From Alphaproteobacteria bacterium (GTDB lineage: Bacteria > Pseudomonadota > Alphaproteobacteria > ATCC43930 > CGMCC-115725), in the NCBI GenBank assembly GCA_018971215.1, contig JAGXBG010000001.1, forward strand, positions 1 to 41,379: a stretch of DNA of 41,379 nt, in the 5' to 3' direction. The notes beneath the pieces were generated by a model, which was given only the letters and a program-made list of their open reading frames with translations, did no database searches and was not told where the DNA came from. The first letter of the stretch is position 1. The number at the start of each line of letters is the position of its first letter. Positions 9,744-18,458 of this stretch are shown here, piece after piece. Position numbers and translations under genes: made by a program.

Positions 9744-9764
9744 GCGCAAAAAATTGGATTGCGC
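9744..9764 (-). terminator. Hairpin downstream of cfa
   Basis: GCGCAA-(9 nt, U-rich loop)-UUGCGC, 10 nt after the cfa stop. Only two trailing U residues. Confidence 0.25.
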
Positions 9765-9773
9765 GGAATTTTC

Positions 9774-11015
9774 TTACGCAGCCCGTCCGGCTTCGGCCGC
9801 TGCCGGCGCCTGATGGCTGCGTTCCCAGTCGAACATATAGTCGCGCGTCAGCGGCACGGTGTCGACGCGCCGCGCCATCTGCATCTGCCAGACCATGTGG
9901 CCCTGATAGCGGAAGGCGATCTCCGATCCGGCCAGATAGAACTCCCACATCCGGCAGAAGCGCTCGTCATAGAGTGCCTTGACGCGCTCGCGCTCGGCCA
10001 TGAAGCGGGTCCGCCAGGCGCGCAGCGTCTCGGCATAGTGGAGCCGCAGGATTTCGATGTCGGTGACCCAGAGGCCGGTTCGCTCAACCACGGGCAGTAC
10101 CTCGGATAGGGCTGGCGAGTAGCCGCCCGGGAAAATGTATTTGCGGATCCAGGGGTTGGTGCTGGCGGCGCCGTCCGAGCGGCCGATGGCGTGGAGCAGG
10201 GCGACGCCGTCCTCGGTAAGCAACGAATTCACCCGATTGAAGAAGGCCGGATATTGCGGCACGCCGACATGCTCGAACATGCCGACCGAGACGATGCGGT
10301 CGTATTGCGCGCGTTCTTGGCGGTAATCGAGCAGCTTGAAGCGCACGCGCGACGACAGGCCGGCGGCCGCGGCGCGGCGTTCGGCGACGCGATGCTGCTC
10401 GACCGACAGGGTCAGGCCGGTGACGTCGACGTCGCATTCTTTCGCCAGATAGAGCGCCAGCCCGCCCCAGCCGCTGCCGATGTCGAGCACGCGCTGGCCC
10501 GGCTTGAGCATCAGCTTGGCGGCAATGTGGCGCTTTTTGTTGGCTTGGGCCTGTTCGATCGTCTGGTCGGGCGCCGTGAAATAGGCGCAGGAATATTGGC
10601 GGTCGCGATCGAGAAAGATGTCGTAGAGCGCATCCGACAGATCGTAATGGTGCGCGACGTTGCGGCGCGCGCGACCGGCCGGGTTCCATTGCTGAAGACC
10701 GCGAAACGCCCGGCCGAAGCCGTTATAGAGCGGCGTCAGCACGGTTTTCGGCGCCAGACTGATGTTGGTGCCGAGGAAATCGAGCAGGTCGTAGAGGCTG
10801 GCGCCGTCCTCAAGCGTGAGGCGGCCGTCCATATAGGCTTCGCCCAGCATCAGACGCGGATTGAACAGCAACTGCCGCTTGATCTGCCGATCGTGTAGGC
10901 GAATGGTCACCGTCGGGCCGGGCGCGCCGGAATAGACGCGTGTTTTGCCGGCCGGGTCGATGACCCGCAGGGTGCCCCGACGGACGAGGTGACGCAGCAA
11001 CAACCCGACAGTCAT
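9774..11015 (-). CDS. cfa: Cyclopropane-fatty-acyl-phospholipid synthase family SAM-dependent methyltransferase
   Basis: 413 aa from ATG 11015 (MTVGLLLRHLVRRG...). SAM motif VLDIGSGWGGLALYLA, plus HYDLSDALYDIFLD and WEFYLAGSE. The upstream 151 codons of the tracked ORF are Arg-rich and overlap the next gene. Confidence 0.9.
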   Translation of the reverse strand: MTVGLLLRHLVRRGTLRVIDPAGKTRVYSGAPGPTVTIRLHDRQIKRQLLFNPRLMLGEAYMDGRLTLEDGASLYDLLDFLGTNISLAPKTVLTPLYNGFGRAFRGLQQWNPAGRARRNVAHHYDLSDALYDIFLDRDRQYSCAYFTAPDQTIEQAQANKKRHIAAKLMLKPGQRVLDIGSGWGGLALYLAKECDVDVTGLTLSVEQHRVAERRAAAAGLSSRVRFKLLDYRQERAQYDRIVSVGMFEHVGVPQYPAFFNRVNSLLTEDGVALLHAIGRSDGAASTNPWIRKYIFPGGYSPALSEVLPVVERTGLWVTDIEILRLHYAETLRAWRTRFMAERERVKALYDERFCRMWEFYLAGSEIAFRYQGHMVWQMQMARRVDTVPLTRDYMFDWERSHQAPAAAEAGRAA

Positions 11016-11083
11016 GCCATCCCCGGTGTTTTTTGCCGGTTTTGGGGATTTTCTTGCAATCCGCGGCCCGGATACAAGTCCGT

Positions 11084-11917
11084 TTACAGCATGGCGAGGG
11101 GCATTTTTCGGCGCGGCGGCGGAAAAGCGCGGTCGAGCGCCGCAAATTCCGCCGGTGTGAGCGCGATCTCGGCTGCAGCGCGGTTGTCGGCGACGTGGGC
11201 AAGCGTCGCCGCCTTCGGAATGACGATGACGCCGGGTCGGTGCAGCAGCCAGGCTAGCGCCATTTGCGCGGCGGTCGCGCCGCGCGCAGCGGCGACCTGT
11301 TTGAGCGTCCGGTCGCCCAGCAGGCGACCCTGTTCGAGGGGCGAATAGGCCATGACCGGAACGCCGCGCGCAGCCAACGCCGGCATCAAGTCCCATTCGA
11401 TACCGCGGCGTCCGAGATTGTAAAGGAGCTGATTGGCGGCGCAACCGTCGCCCTCGGGCACGGCCCACAGTGCCTGCATCTCATCGAGATCGAGATTGGA
11501 CACGCCCCAATAGCGGATTTTGCCGGTACGCCGCAGGGCCGTGAAGCCGGCGACGGTCTCGCGCAACGGCACGCTGCCGCTCCAATGGAGAAGGTAAAGA
11601 TCGATGCGGTCGGTGCCGAGGCGTTTCAGGCTGCGCTCGCAGGCGGCGGCGACGCCGGTGCGCGACGCGTTCGACGGCAGGACCTTGCTGACGATGAAGA
11701 TTTGATCGCGGCGTCCTTTGATCGCCTGGCCGACCAGCTCTTCGGCACCGCCATCGCCGTACATCTCGGCGGTGTCGATGAGCGTCATGCCGAGATCGAT
11801 GCCGCGTTTGAGCGCGGCGACGGATTCAGGCTCGTGCGCGCCGCGCTCGCCCATCATCCAGGTACCGAGACCCAGCGCGGGCACGCACTCGCCGCCGGGC
11901 AGCGTTACGCTCCGCAT
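11084..11917 (-). CDS. Aldo/keto reductase
   Basis: 277 aa. AKR signatures [23 protein letters not shown], and DLYLLHW. Confidence 0.9.
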   Translation of the reverse strand: MRSVTLPGGECVPALGLGTWMMGERGAHEPESVAALKRGIDLGMTLIDTAEMYGDGGAEELVGQAIKGRRDQIFIVSKVLPSNASRTGVAAACERSLKRLGTDRIDLYLLHWSGSVPLRETVAGFTALRRTGKIRYWGVSNLDLDEMQALWAVPEGDGCAANQLLYNLGRRGIEWDLMPALAARGVPVMAYSPLEQGRLLGDRTLKQVAAARGATAAQMALAWLLHRPGVIVIPKAATLAHVADNRAAAEIALTPAEFAALDRAFPPPRRKMPLAML

Positions 11918-11921
11918 CGAC

Positions 11922-11965
11922 GCGCCTCCGTTGCCGGCGCCTGACGCGGGAGGCGCTTTCGCGCC
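11922..11965 (-). terminator. Overlapping GC-rich hairpins directly after the rplI stop (no U-tract)
   Basis: Minus-strand RNA contains GGCGC-GAAA-GCGCC immediately after the TAG. It also contains the alternative GCGCCUCC...(19 nt)...GGAGGCGC. The next gene (aldo/keto reductase) starts only 47 nt downstream. Confidence 0.25.
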
Positions 11966-12696
11966 TATTCCTTGGCGCTCTTCTTCTTCTCGCGCTTCGG
12001 CTTGTCGGCTTTCTCAGCCTTTTCGGCCTTGTCCGCTTTTGACGCCTTGGCGGCCTTGGCCGGTTTGGCCTCCGCCTCGTCCTCGTCGTCGGCAGCTTTT
12101 GCTTTGGTTTTCGTCTTCTTGGGCTTGGCTTCGGCTTCCGGCGTAACGTCTTCCGCCGCCGGTGCCGGCGCTGCGGCGGCGTCGTCCGCCTGTGCTTCCA
12201 GCGCCCGCTTGGTGACGTCGATGCCCTTGGCCTGCATCTCGGCCTCTTCGGCCGATTGCGCCACGTTGACCGTCACCTGGATAGTGACCTCGGGATGCAG
12301 ACGGACCCGCATCGGATAAAGGCCGAGGGTCTTGATCGCCTTGTCGAGCGTGACCTGGCCTTTGCCGATGGTGAAGCCGGCCTCGGTCACCGCCTGGGCG
12401 ATGTCGCGCGCCGTCACCGAACCGTAGAGCTGGCCGCTTTCGCCGGCCTGCCGGATGATCATCACCGAGATGCCGTTGAGCTTCTGCGCCACCTGTTCGG
12501 CGTCGCCGCGCCGCACCAGGTTGGCCGCTTCGAGCTGTGCGCGCTGCTTCTCGAAGATCGCAAGGTTTTCCTTGGTGGCGCGCAGCGCCTTCTTCTGCGG
12601 CAACAGGTAGTTGCGCGCAAAGCCGGGCCGCACCTTCACGACCTGGCCCATCTGGCCGAGCTTCTCGACGCGCTCGAGCAGGATGACTTCCATCAT
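11965..12696 (-). CDS. rplI: 50S ribosomal protein L9 with a long Lys/Ala/Asp/Glu-rich C-terminal tail
   Basis: N-terminus [37 protein letters not shown] is canonical L9. It lies in the rpsF-rpsR-rplI order. Residues from about 150 to 243 are low complexity. Confidence 0.92.
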   Translation of the reverse strand: MMEVILLERVEKLGQMGQVVKVRPGFARNYLLPQKKALRATKENLAIFEKQRAQLEAANLVRRGDAEQVAQKLNGISVMIIRQAGESGQLYGSVTARDIAQAVTEAGFTIGKGQVTLDKAIKTLGLYPMRVRLHPEVTIQVTVNVAQSAEEAEMQAKGIDVTKRALEAQADDAAAAPAPAAEDVTPEAEAKPKKTKTKAKAADDEDEAEAKPAKAAKASKADKAEKAEKADKPKREKKKSAKE

Positions 12697-12709
12697 CGTC
12701 TCGCCTCCG

Positions 12710-12997
12710 TTAGCGCAGGCTGTAGGGCAGGAGCCCGAGGAACCGGGCTCGCTTGATTGCTTGCGCCAGCTCGCGCTGTTTCAGGGTCGACACGGCGCTG
12801 ATGCGCGACGGCACGATCTTGCCGCGCTCCGACACGAAGCGTTGCAGCAGCTTGACGTCCTTGTAGTCGATCTTCGGCGCATGCGGGCCCGAGAACGGGC
12901 ACGATTTGCGCCGGCGGAAAAACGGCCGACGCGACTGTTGGCGGCCGCCACGCTCGCCGCGATCCCCGCGATCGGCGCCACGAATCTCGTCGCTCAT
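12710..12997 (-). CDS. rpsR: 30S ribosomal protein S18
   Basis: 95 aa. ...[60 protein letters not shown]. Start overlaps the rpsF stop (ATGA-type). Confidence 0.96.
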   Translation of the reverse strand: MSDEIRGADRGDRGERGGRQQSRRPFFRRRKSCPFSGPHAPKIDYKDVKLLQRFVSERGKIVPSRISAVSTLKQRELAQAIKRARFLGLLPYSLR

Positions 12998-13410
12998 GCT
13001 TCGCCTCCTTCGGCTTCGGCGGGTGCGCCATCGCGGCCATCGCGATCGAACCGACGGCTGCGCTCGCGCTCACGCTCTTCGCCACGCGAACGCGCCTGCA
13101 TCATCGCCGACGGCCCTTCTTCGAGCGCTTCGACGTGTACGGTCAGGTAACGCAGCACGTCCTCGTTGATGCGCATGTTGCGCTCGAGCTCGTGCACCGC
13201 GGCCGGCGGCGCGTCGAGGTTGAGGAGGACGTAATGGCCCTTGCGGTTCTTCTTGATGCGGTAGGCGAGGTTGCGCAGACCCCAGTATTCGCGTTTGGTG
13301 ACCTTGCCACCATGCTCGGCGACGAGATTGGCGAAGGTCTCGGTCAGGGTTTCGACCTGGGCGGACGAAACGTCCTGACGCGCAATAAAGACGTTTTCGT
13401 AGAACGGCAT
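12994..13410 (-). CDS. rpsF: 30S ribosomal protein S6
   Basis: 138 aa. [20 protein letters not shown]...[25 protein letters not shown], with an acidic/Arg-rich C-terminal tail. RBS AAGGAG lies upstream. Confidence 0.96.
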   Translation of the reverse strand: MPFYENVFIARQDVSSAQVETLTETFANLVAEHGGKVTKREYWGLRNLAYRIKKNRKGHYVLLNLDAPPAAVHELERNMRINEDVLRYLTVHVEALEEGPSAMMQARSRGEERERERSRRFDRDGRDGAPAEAEGGEA

Positions 13411-13505
13411 CCTAGCTCCTTATGGCTGTTCGCGGCCCGGCGCTGGTCGAGGATCGAGCATCAGCCGCCCGGACCTAGCCGGCAAAGCCGGCAAGGAGGC
13501 GGCGG
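13411..13505 (-). promoter_or_regulatory. Structured 5' leader of the rpsF-rpsR-rplI operon (possible S6:S18 autoregulatory element)
   Basis: The roughly 90-nt leader contains GCCGGC-UUU-GCCGGC nested inside a CCGCC...GGCGG pairing, plus a second small hairpin upstream of the AAGGAG RBS. The functional assignment is inference from the known rpsF leader motif class. Confidence 0.3.
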
Positions 13506-13533
13506 ACTATACAGCAAGATCGCGTCGGCGCAA
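13506..13533 (-). promoter_or_regulatory. Sigma70-type promoter candidate for rpsF
   Basis: On the minus strand: TTGCGC (13533-13528), a 16-nt spacer, then TATAGT (13511-13506), about 95 nt upstream of the rpsF ATG. Confidence 0.4.
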
Positions 13534-13552
13534 GCGGCCAAAAGGAGCGGAA

Positions 13553-14137
13553 TCAGGCCGTTTTGCGCGGGTTGTGGCCGAGCCAGGCCATGACTTCGGC
13601 GGCACTCCGGTCGGGCGGAAAGACCGGGTAGAACACGTGCGTCACGACGCCGTCGTCGATCACCAACGTGAAACGCTTCAAGAGGGTCATGCCGCCAGTC
13701 ACGAAAACCGGCAGGTTCATCGCCCGGGTCAACGCGAGGGCCTCATCCGAAAGGATGGCGAAGGGGAGGTGAAGGCGCTCGGCGGCTTCGCGTTGGTACG
13801 CCGTCGGCTGGGTCGAAAGACCGAAAAGCTGGCAGACGCCAAGTCGTTTCAGCTCGTCGAAATGGTCGCGGAACGCGCACGATTGCGGTGTGCAGCCGCG
13901 GGCGCCCGGAATCATGTCCCAGCCCGGCGGATTGTCGACACCGGGTTGGCCGGTGCGCGGATACGCGTAGACGACGGTGCGGCCCTTGAGGGCGGCGAGA
14001 TCGACCGTTCGCCCATCGGTTGTTTTCAACGGCACCGCCGCGACCTGCGCCCGCGGTAGATGTCCGGTCGCGCCGTCGTCGGTCGGCGCCGGGATGGCGG
14101 ACCAGTCGGGAGCGTCGACGCTGGTTTTTACGCTCAT
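13553..14137 (-). CDS. Peroxiredoxin, Bcp/PrxQ-like (AhpC/TSA family)
   Basis: 194 aa. Thioredoxin-fold motif ...VVYAYPRTGQPG...IPGARGCTPQSCAFRDHFDELKRLG, with the two-Cys CTxQxC arrangement seen in Bcp. The ATG overlaps the stop of the upstream oxygenase beta subunit (ATGA, 14134-14137). Confidence 0.8.
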   Translation of the reverse strand: MSVKTSVDAPDWSAIPAPTDDGATGHLPRAQVAAVPLKTTDGRTVDLAALKGRTVVYAYPRTGQPGVDNPPGWDMIPGARGCTPQSCAFRDHFDELKRLGVCQLFGLSTQPTAYQREAAERLHLPFAILSDEALALTRAMNLPVFVTGGMTLLKRFTLVIDDGVVTHVFYPVFPPDRSAAEVMAWLGHNPRKTA

Positions 14138-14637
14138 AAGATGAAGCTCACCGCGCCCAATGCGCCAAGCTCCTCGCTGTCGAGGATAGCGCGGCGTTCG
14201 GCGATCTTAAGGACGCCGTTCTCGCGCCGCAACTTGTAGCGGTAATGGCCGACGAACGCGCGCCGGTCGTCGTCGCGGCGGAAGCGATAGACGACGAAAT
14301 TGGCCGCGACCTCGATGGTATCGCTGTCACCGCCGGTAATGTGCACGTTGGAAATCATCCGGCGGGTGCGCGACGGCGGATATTCGGCGTGCGCGCTCGG
14401 ATCCTTGAGGCGTTTGACGCGCTCGACGAGGCGCGCGTGGTTGTCGGCGACGGTGAACAGCGTCGACCGATGGTCGGCGTCCGGCTTCTCGTTGGGCGGC
14501 ACGTAATAGCCGCAATCCGCCGTTGTCAGCGCGAGCCATTCGTCGAGCCGCCAAGCGTCCAACAAAGCAGCCTCACGATAGAGGAAGTCCTCGACCTCCT
14601 CGCGCGTCGCCCTTGCGACATTGCGTCGGCCGCTCAT
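14134..14637 (-). CDS. Aromatic-ring-hydroxylating dioxygenase beta subunit (NTF2/SnoaL-like)
   Basis: 167 aa from MSGRRNVARATREEVEDFLYREAALLDAWRLDEWLALTTADCGYYVP..., which is the typical beta-subunit pattern. The ATG overlaps the alpha subunit stop (ATGA, 14634-14637). The rest of the tracked 492-aa ORF is an Arg-rich shadow of the alpha gene. Confidence 0.85.
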   Translation of the reverse strand: MSGRRNVARATREEVEDFLYREAALLDAWRLDEWLALTTADCGYYVPPNEKPDADHRSTLFTVADNHARLVERVKRLKDPSAHAEYPPSRTRRMISNVHITGGDSDTIEVAANFVVYRFRRDDDRRAFVGHYRYKLRRENGVLKIAERRAILDSEELGALGAVSFIL

Positions 14638-15914
14638 CCGGCGCGGTCCATGAGTTCGCTCCACCGCCGCCAGAAAACTCTCATATGGCCTTCGTCGGTG
14701 TTGAGCTGTGCGTCCGCTGGCTTCGCCATGCCGCGCGACATGTCGGACCAGCCGACCTCGCGCCAGGCGGCGAGGCCTTGCTGCACCGCTTCGAGCGCGG
14801 CGACGTCGTCCGGCGTGGCGAATCCGCCCGGTCCGTAAAAGGTGAGGAAGGCGTCGAGCCGCCGCGCGCGCTGCGCCGGTGTCTCCTCCGACGGGCCGAG
14901 ACACCAAGCGGTGACGCGCATGCGGTCGGGTGCAATCGGGAAGAAGGTGCGCACCGTCACCGACGAGCCGTCGTTGAGTGCGAGATTGGGAAAGACAATG
15001 AGGTTGCGATTGGTATCGGCGATACGCGCAGCGCGTTCCTCGCCCAGGCGCGCCACCAACTCGCGGCGGATCGCGTCGATGTCCGCTTTGGCGTCTTCGC
15101 CGTAGATTGAAATCCAGCGCGCCACCGGTCGGCCGCGGAAATTGACATTGTCGGTGGTGAGGTGGCCGTTGCCGAGATCCTTGCCCCAGCCTTTGGACGG
15201 TAGCAGCAAGCCTTCCTCTTTCGGCGGCCGTACGTTGACGCCGGCGTTCTTCATGTAGTTGAGCCAGGTCGTGTGCACCGTCGGCAGGTGATAGTCGTCG
15301 ACGCTGTTCTCGACCAAGAGTTTCCAGTTCGCCTTGACGTCGTATTCCTGCACGCCGGCGATGATCTCCATCCGGCCCGACGGCGATTGATCGACGACCA
15401 GGTCGATATATTCCTTGGCGCCGGCGAGATAATCGACGAGCGGCGGCGCCAGGCGATCGAAGCAGGCGAAATAGAAATCGCGGTAATGCTCGAACCGCGG
15501 CACCGGCACCAAGCCGAATTTGCGTTTGTCGAACGCGGCGCCATAGGCCTCGGGTCCGGGCACGTTCTTGAGCGCGCCGTCGGTCTCGTAGGTCCAGCCG
15601 TGATACATGCACATGAACTGGCGCGCGTTGCCTTCGCGCTCACGGCACACCGTCGTGCCGCGGTGGCGGCAGGAATTGAGCAGCGCGCGAATCACTCCTG
15701 CCTTGTCGCGACAGAAGATCACGGGCCGGCCGGCGACCTGCCGGGTGCGGAAATCGCCCGGCTGCGCAAGCTCGGACGCATGGCCGACATAGATCCAGCA
15801 CCTATCGAAGATCGCGCGATGCTCTTTCTCGAGCACGGCGGGCGAAACCAGTGCCTCGCGCGACAGCGAGAACGTATTCTGGGCGCGATCTTCGATGACG
15901 TAGCGGTCGGTCAT
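14634..15914 (-). CDS. Rieske non-heme iron oxygenase alpha subunit
   Basis: 426 aa. Rieske motif CRHRGTTVC...CMYHGWTY and mononuclear iron motif NSVDDYHLPTVH. Confidence 0.9.
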   Translation of the reverse strand: MTDRYVIEDRAQNTFSLSREALVSPAVLEKEHRAIFDRCWIYVGHASELAQPGDFRTRQVAGRPVIFCRDKAGVIRALLNSCRHRGTTVCREREGNARQFMCMYHGWTYETDGALKNVPGPEAYGAAFDKRKFGLVPVPRFEHYRDFYFACFDRLAPPLVDYLAGAKEYIDLVVDQSPSGRMEIIAGVQEYDVKANWKLLVENSVDDYHLPTVHTTWLNYMKNAGVNVRPPKEEGLLLPSKGWGKDLGNGHLTTDNVNFRGRPVARWISIYGEDAKADIDAIRRELVARLGEERAARIADTNRNLIVFPNLALNDGSSVTVRTFFPIAPDRMRVTAWCLGPSEETPAQRARRLDAFLTFYGPGGFATPDDVAALEAVQQGLAAWREVGWSDMSRGMAKPADAQLNTDEGHMRVFWRRWSELMDRAG

Positions 15915-16060
15915 GGCGGCGGTCGCTGATTGGCGGCGAGTATAGCAAGGCGGACGATGGCGCGAGCGCCGCTTTTCGCGCCGGCGGCGCCGGGTTGGGG
16001 CGCGTTGCAGCCGCTTTACAGCGTTTCGGCGCGGGTGTATCCGGTGCGCCGGGAGGACTC

Positions 16061-16345
16061 ATGAAGGCGTGGCTGGTTTTGGCCCTGGCGGCACTCGTCG
16101 CCGGCTGTGTGCCGGTTGATCGCGATCCGGCGCGCGACGTCATCGGCGTCTCCGCCGCAACCGGCGAGGCGGCCGACGTCGCCGCGGCGCAACCGCTGCT
16201 GGCGTGGAAGGCCGATCAAATCTGCACCGTGCCCGGCTACGACGTGCAGAAAAAAGATGTCGCGCCGGCGGAGAACAAGCAGCAGATCGTCGACTGGCAG
16301 CTGCGTTGCGAGCCGTACACCGCGATGGCGCCAGTCCGGTTTTGA
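16061..16345 (+). CDS. Small lipoprotein of unknown function
   Basis: ATG at 16061 preceded by GGGAGG. Signal peptide plus lipobox MKAWLVLALAALVAGC. The 94-aa product has two further Cys residues. It ends 12 nt before fabD. Confidence 0.6.
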   Translation: MKAWLVLALAALVAGCVPVDRDPARDVIGVSAATGEAADVAAAQPLLAWKADQICTVPGYDVQKKDVAPAENKQQIVDWQLRCEPYTAMAPVRF

Positions 16346-16357
16346 ACTGAGTCGAGC

Positions 16358-17299
16358 ATGAGCCGCGCATTCGTATTTCCCGGTCAAGGTTCGCAGGCGG
16401 TCGGCATGGGCCGCGAGCTGCACGCCGCATTCGCCACCGCACGCGACGTGTTCGGCGACGTCGACGAAGCGCTGAAACAGAATTTGTCGCGCCTGATGTT
16501 CGAAGGACCGGAGAGCGAGCTGGTGCTGACCGAAAACGCCCAGCCGGCGCTGATGGCGGTGAGCCTGGCGGCAATGCGCGTGATGGAAAGGGACGGTGGG
16601 CTCGATTTGAAGCGTCACGCCGCATTCGTCGCTGGCCATTCGCTGGGCGAATATTCCGCGCTGGCGGCGGCGCATGCGGTTTCGGTCGCCGACGCCGCGC
16701 GGCTGTTGAAGCGGCGCGGCCGGGCGATGCAGCGCGCGGTGCCGGTGGGGCTGGGCGCGATGGCGGCGTTGCTCGGGCTCGAACTCGACGTGGCGCGTGC
16801 CGTCGCCAGCGAAGCGGCGCAGGGCGAGGTGCTGGAAGCTGCGAACGACAACGGCGCCGGCCAAGTCGTGGTCAGCGGCCACCGGGCGGCGGTCGAACGC
16901 GCGGTGGCACATGCCGCGACCCGCGGCGCCAAGCGCGCCATCATGTTGCCGGTGAGTGCGCCGTTCCATTGCGCGCTGATGGAGCCGGCGGCGCGCGAGA
17001 TGCAAGAGGCGCTCGCCGAAGTCAAATTCGTCGAACCGGTGGTGCCCGTCGTCGCCAACGTGACGGCGTCCGCCGTGCGCGATCCGGCCGAGATCAAGGA
17101 GTTGCTGGTCCAGCAAGTAACCGGCCTGGTGCGCTGGCGCGAGTGCGTGCTCTACATGAAGAGCCAAGGCGTAAGCGCGCTGGTCGAAGTCGGCTCTGGC
17201 CGCGTGCTGAGCGGCCTCGCCAAGCGGATCGACCGCGAGATGACCGGCCAGTCGCTCGGCGCGCCGGCCGAAATCGAGGCCTTTCTCAAGACGCTGTGA
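16358..17299 (+). CDS. fabD: Malonyl-CoA:ACP transacylase
   Basis: 313 aa. FVFPGQGSQAVGMG, and active-site GHSLGEYSALAAA. Confidence 0.95.
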   Translation: MSRAFVFPGQGSQAVGMGRELHAAFATARDVFGDVDEALKQNLSRLMFEGPESELVLTENAQPALMAVSLAAMRVMERDGGLDLKRHAAFVAGHSLGEYSALAAAHAVSVADAARLLKRRGRAMQRAVPVGLGAMAALLGLELDVARAVASEAAQGEVLEAANDNGAGQVVVSGHRAAVERAVAHAATRGAKRAIMLPVSAPFHCALMEPAAREMQEALAEVKFVEPVVPVVANVTASAVRDPAEIKELLVQQVTGLVRWRECVLYMKSQGVSALVEVGSGRVLSGLAKRIDREMTGQSLGAPAEIEAFLKTL

Positions 17300-17316
17300 G
17301 CGGCGGAAGGAATTCC

Positions 17317-18054
17317 ATGTTCGATCTGAGCGGCAAGGCGGCGCTGGTGACCGGCGCTTCGGGAGGCATCGGCGGCGCGATTGCGCGCGCCCTGCACGGC
17401 GCCGGCGCCAAGGTGCTGCTCGCCGGTACCAAGGCCGACAAGCTGGCCGCGCTCAAGGAGGCATTGGGCGAGCGCGCCGCGGTTGCCACCGCCGATCTCG
17501 GCGATCCTGCGGCGGCCGAGACGTTGATAAAAGCGGCCGATGAACGATTCGGCCAGCTCGACATTCTGGTCAACAACGCCGGCTTGACGAAGGACGGGCT
17601 GGCGATGCGGATGAAGGACGAGGATTGGGCCAAGGTGATCGAGGTTGATCTCACCGCCGGCTTCCGCCTCGCGCGCGCGGCGCTGCGCGGCATGATGAAG
17701 CGGCGCTGGGGCCGCATCATCGGCATCGGCTCGGTCGTCGGTAGCACCGGCAATCCCGGCCAGGCGAATTACGCCGCGGCAAAAGCCGGCATGATCGGCA
17801 TGACCAAGGCGCTCGCCGCCGAGGTCGCGTCACGCGGCATCACCGTCAACTGCGTCGCGCCCGGATTCATCGCCACGGCGATGACCGAGACACTGTCGGT
17901 CGAGCAGAAGACGAAGCTGGAAACCGCGATTCCGATGGGTCGGCAAGGGACGCCGGACGAGGTGGCGGCGTGCGTGCTGTTCCTCGCCAGCGAGGAATCG
18001 CGCTATGTCACCGGCCACACGCTGCACGTTAACGGCGGCCTGGCGATGCTTTGA
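17317..18054 (+). CDS. fabG: 3-oxoacyl-ACP reductase
   Basis: 245 aa from ATG 17317 (MFDLSGKAALVTGASGGIGGAIA), preceded by GGAAGG. Catalytic NYAAAKAG. Sits between fabD and acpP. Confidence 0.95.
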   Translation: MFDLSGKAALVTGASGGIGGAIARALHGAGAKVLLAGTKADKLAALKEALGERAAVATADLGDPAAAETLIKAADERFGQLDILVNNAGLTKDGLAMRMKDEDWAKVIEVDLTAGFRLARAALRGMMKRRWGRIIGIGSVVGSTGNPGQANYAAAKAGMIGMTKALAAEVASRGITVNCVAPGFIATAMTETLSVEQKTKLETAIPMGRQGTPDEVAACVLFLASEESRYVTGHTLHVNGGLAML

Positions 18055-18211
18055 ACCGGCGTTCGATCGAGGGTGGCCATGGCCCGCCATCTATGTTATG
18101 TCAGCCCCGCCTCGTCCGACGGCGTTGCCCGGGCGTACGGGCGGGTGTCTAACACCTTGATCCACCAACATTTGTAGCCAACAGCGCGTCAATCTTTCTG
18201 AGGTAAGTCTC

Positions 18212-18448
18212 ATGAGCGATATCGCCGACCGGGTAAAGAAGATCGTCGTCGAGCACCTGGGCGTTGACGAAACGAAGGTGACCGAGAACGCCAGCTTCAT
18301 CGACGATTTGGGCGCCGACAGCCTCGACACTGTCGAATTGGTCATGGCGTTCGAAGAGGAATTCGGCTGCGAAATTCCCGACGATGCGGCCGAGAAGATC
18401 GTGACCGTGAAGGACGCGGTGAACTTCATCGAGCAGCACAAATCATAG
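18212..18448 (+). CDS. acpP: Acyl carrier protein
   Basis: 78 aa. Phosphopantetheine site [32 protein letters not shown]. Confidence 0.97.
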   Translation: MSDIADRVKKIVVEHLGVDETKVTENASFIDDLGADSLDTVELVMAFEEEFGCEIPDDAAEKIVTVKDAVNFIEQHKS

Positions 18449-18458
18449 CGTTTCGTCC

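Noticed and set aside
11016-11468. The 151-codon N-terminal extension of the cfa ORF.
   Set aside because: It is Arg-rich and overlaps the 3' part of the aldo/keto reductase gene. Cfa homology begins at the internal ATG at 11015.
14638-15612. The N-terminal 325 codons of the 492-aa ORF that ends as the oxygenase beta subunit.
   Set aside because: This part is Arg-rich and overlaps the Rieske alpha subunit in another frame. The beta-subunit homology begins at the internal ATG (14637), which forms an ATGA overlap with the alpha stop.
16016-17167. A 383-aa minus-strand ORF antisense to the lipoprotein gene and fabD.
   Set aside because: It is rich in Arg, His, Gln and Gly and has no motifs. 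fabD on the opposite strand is unambiguous.
18055-18211. The GC-rich palindromes (GGCCATGGCC, GCCCGGGC, CCCGCC...GGCGGG) in the fabG-acpP spacer, considered as a possible sRNA or riboswitch.
   Set aside because: A spacer of this size between fabG and acpP is common and probably holds an attenuating hairpin plus the acpP promoter. I could not identify a convincing promoter/terminator pair or a known RNA motif by eye.
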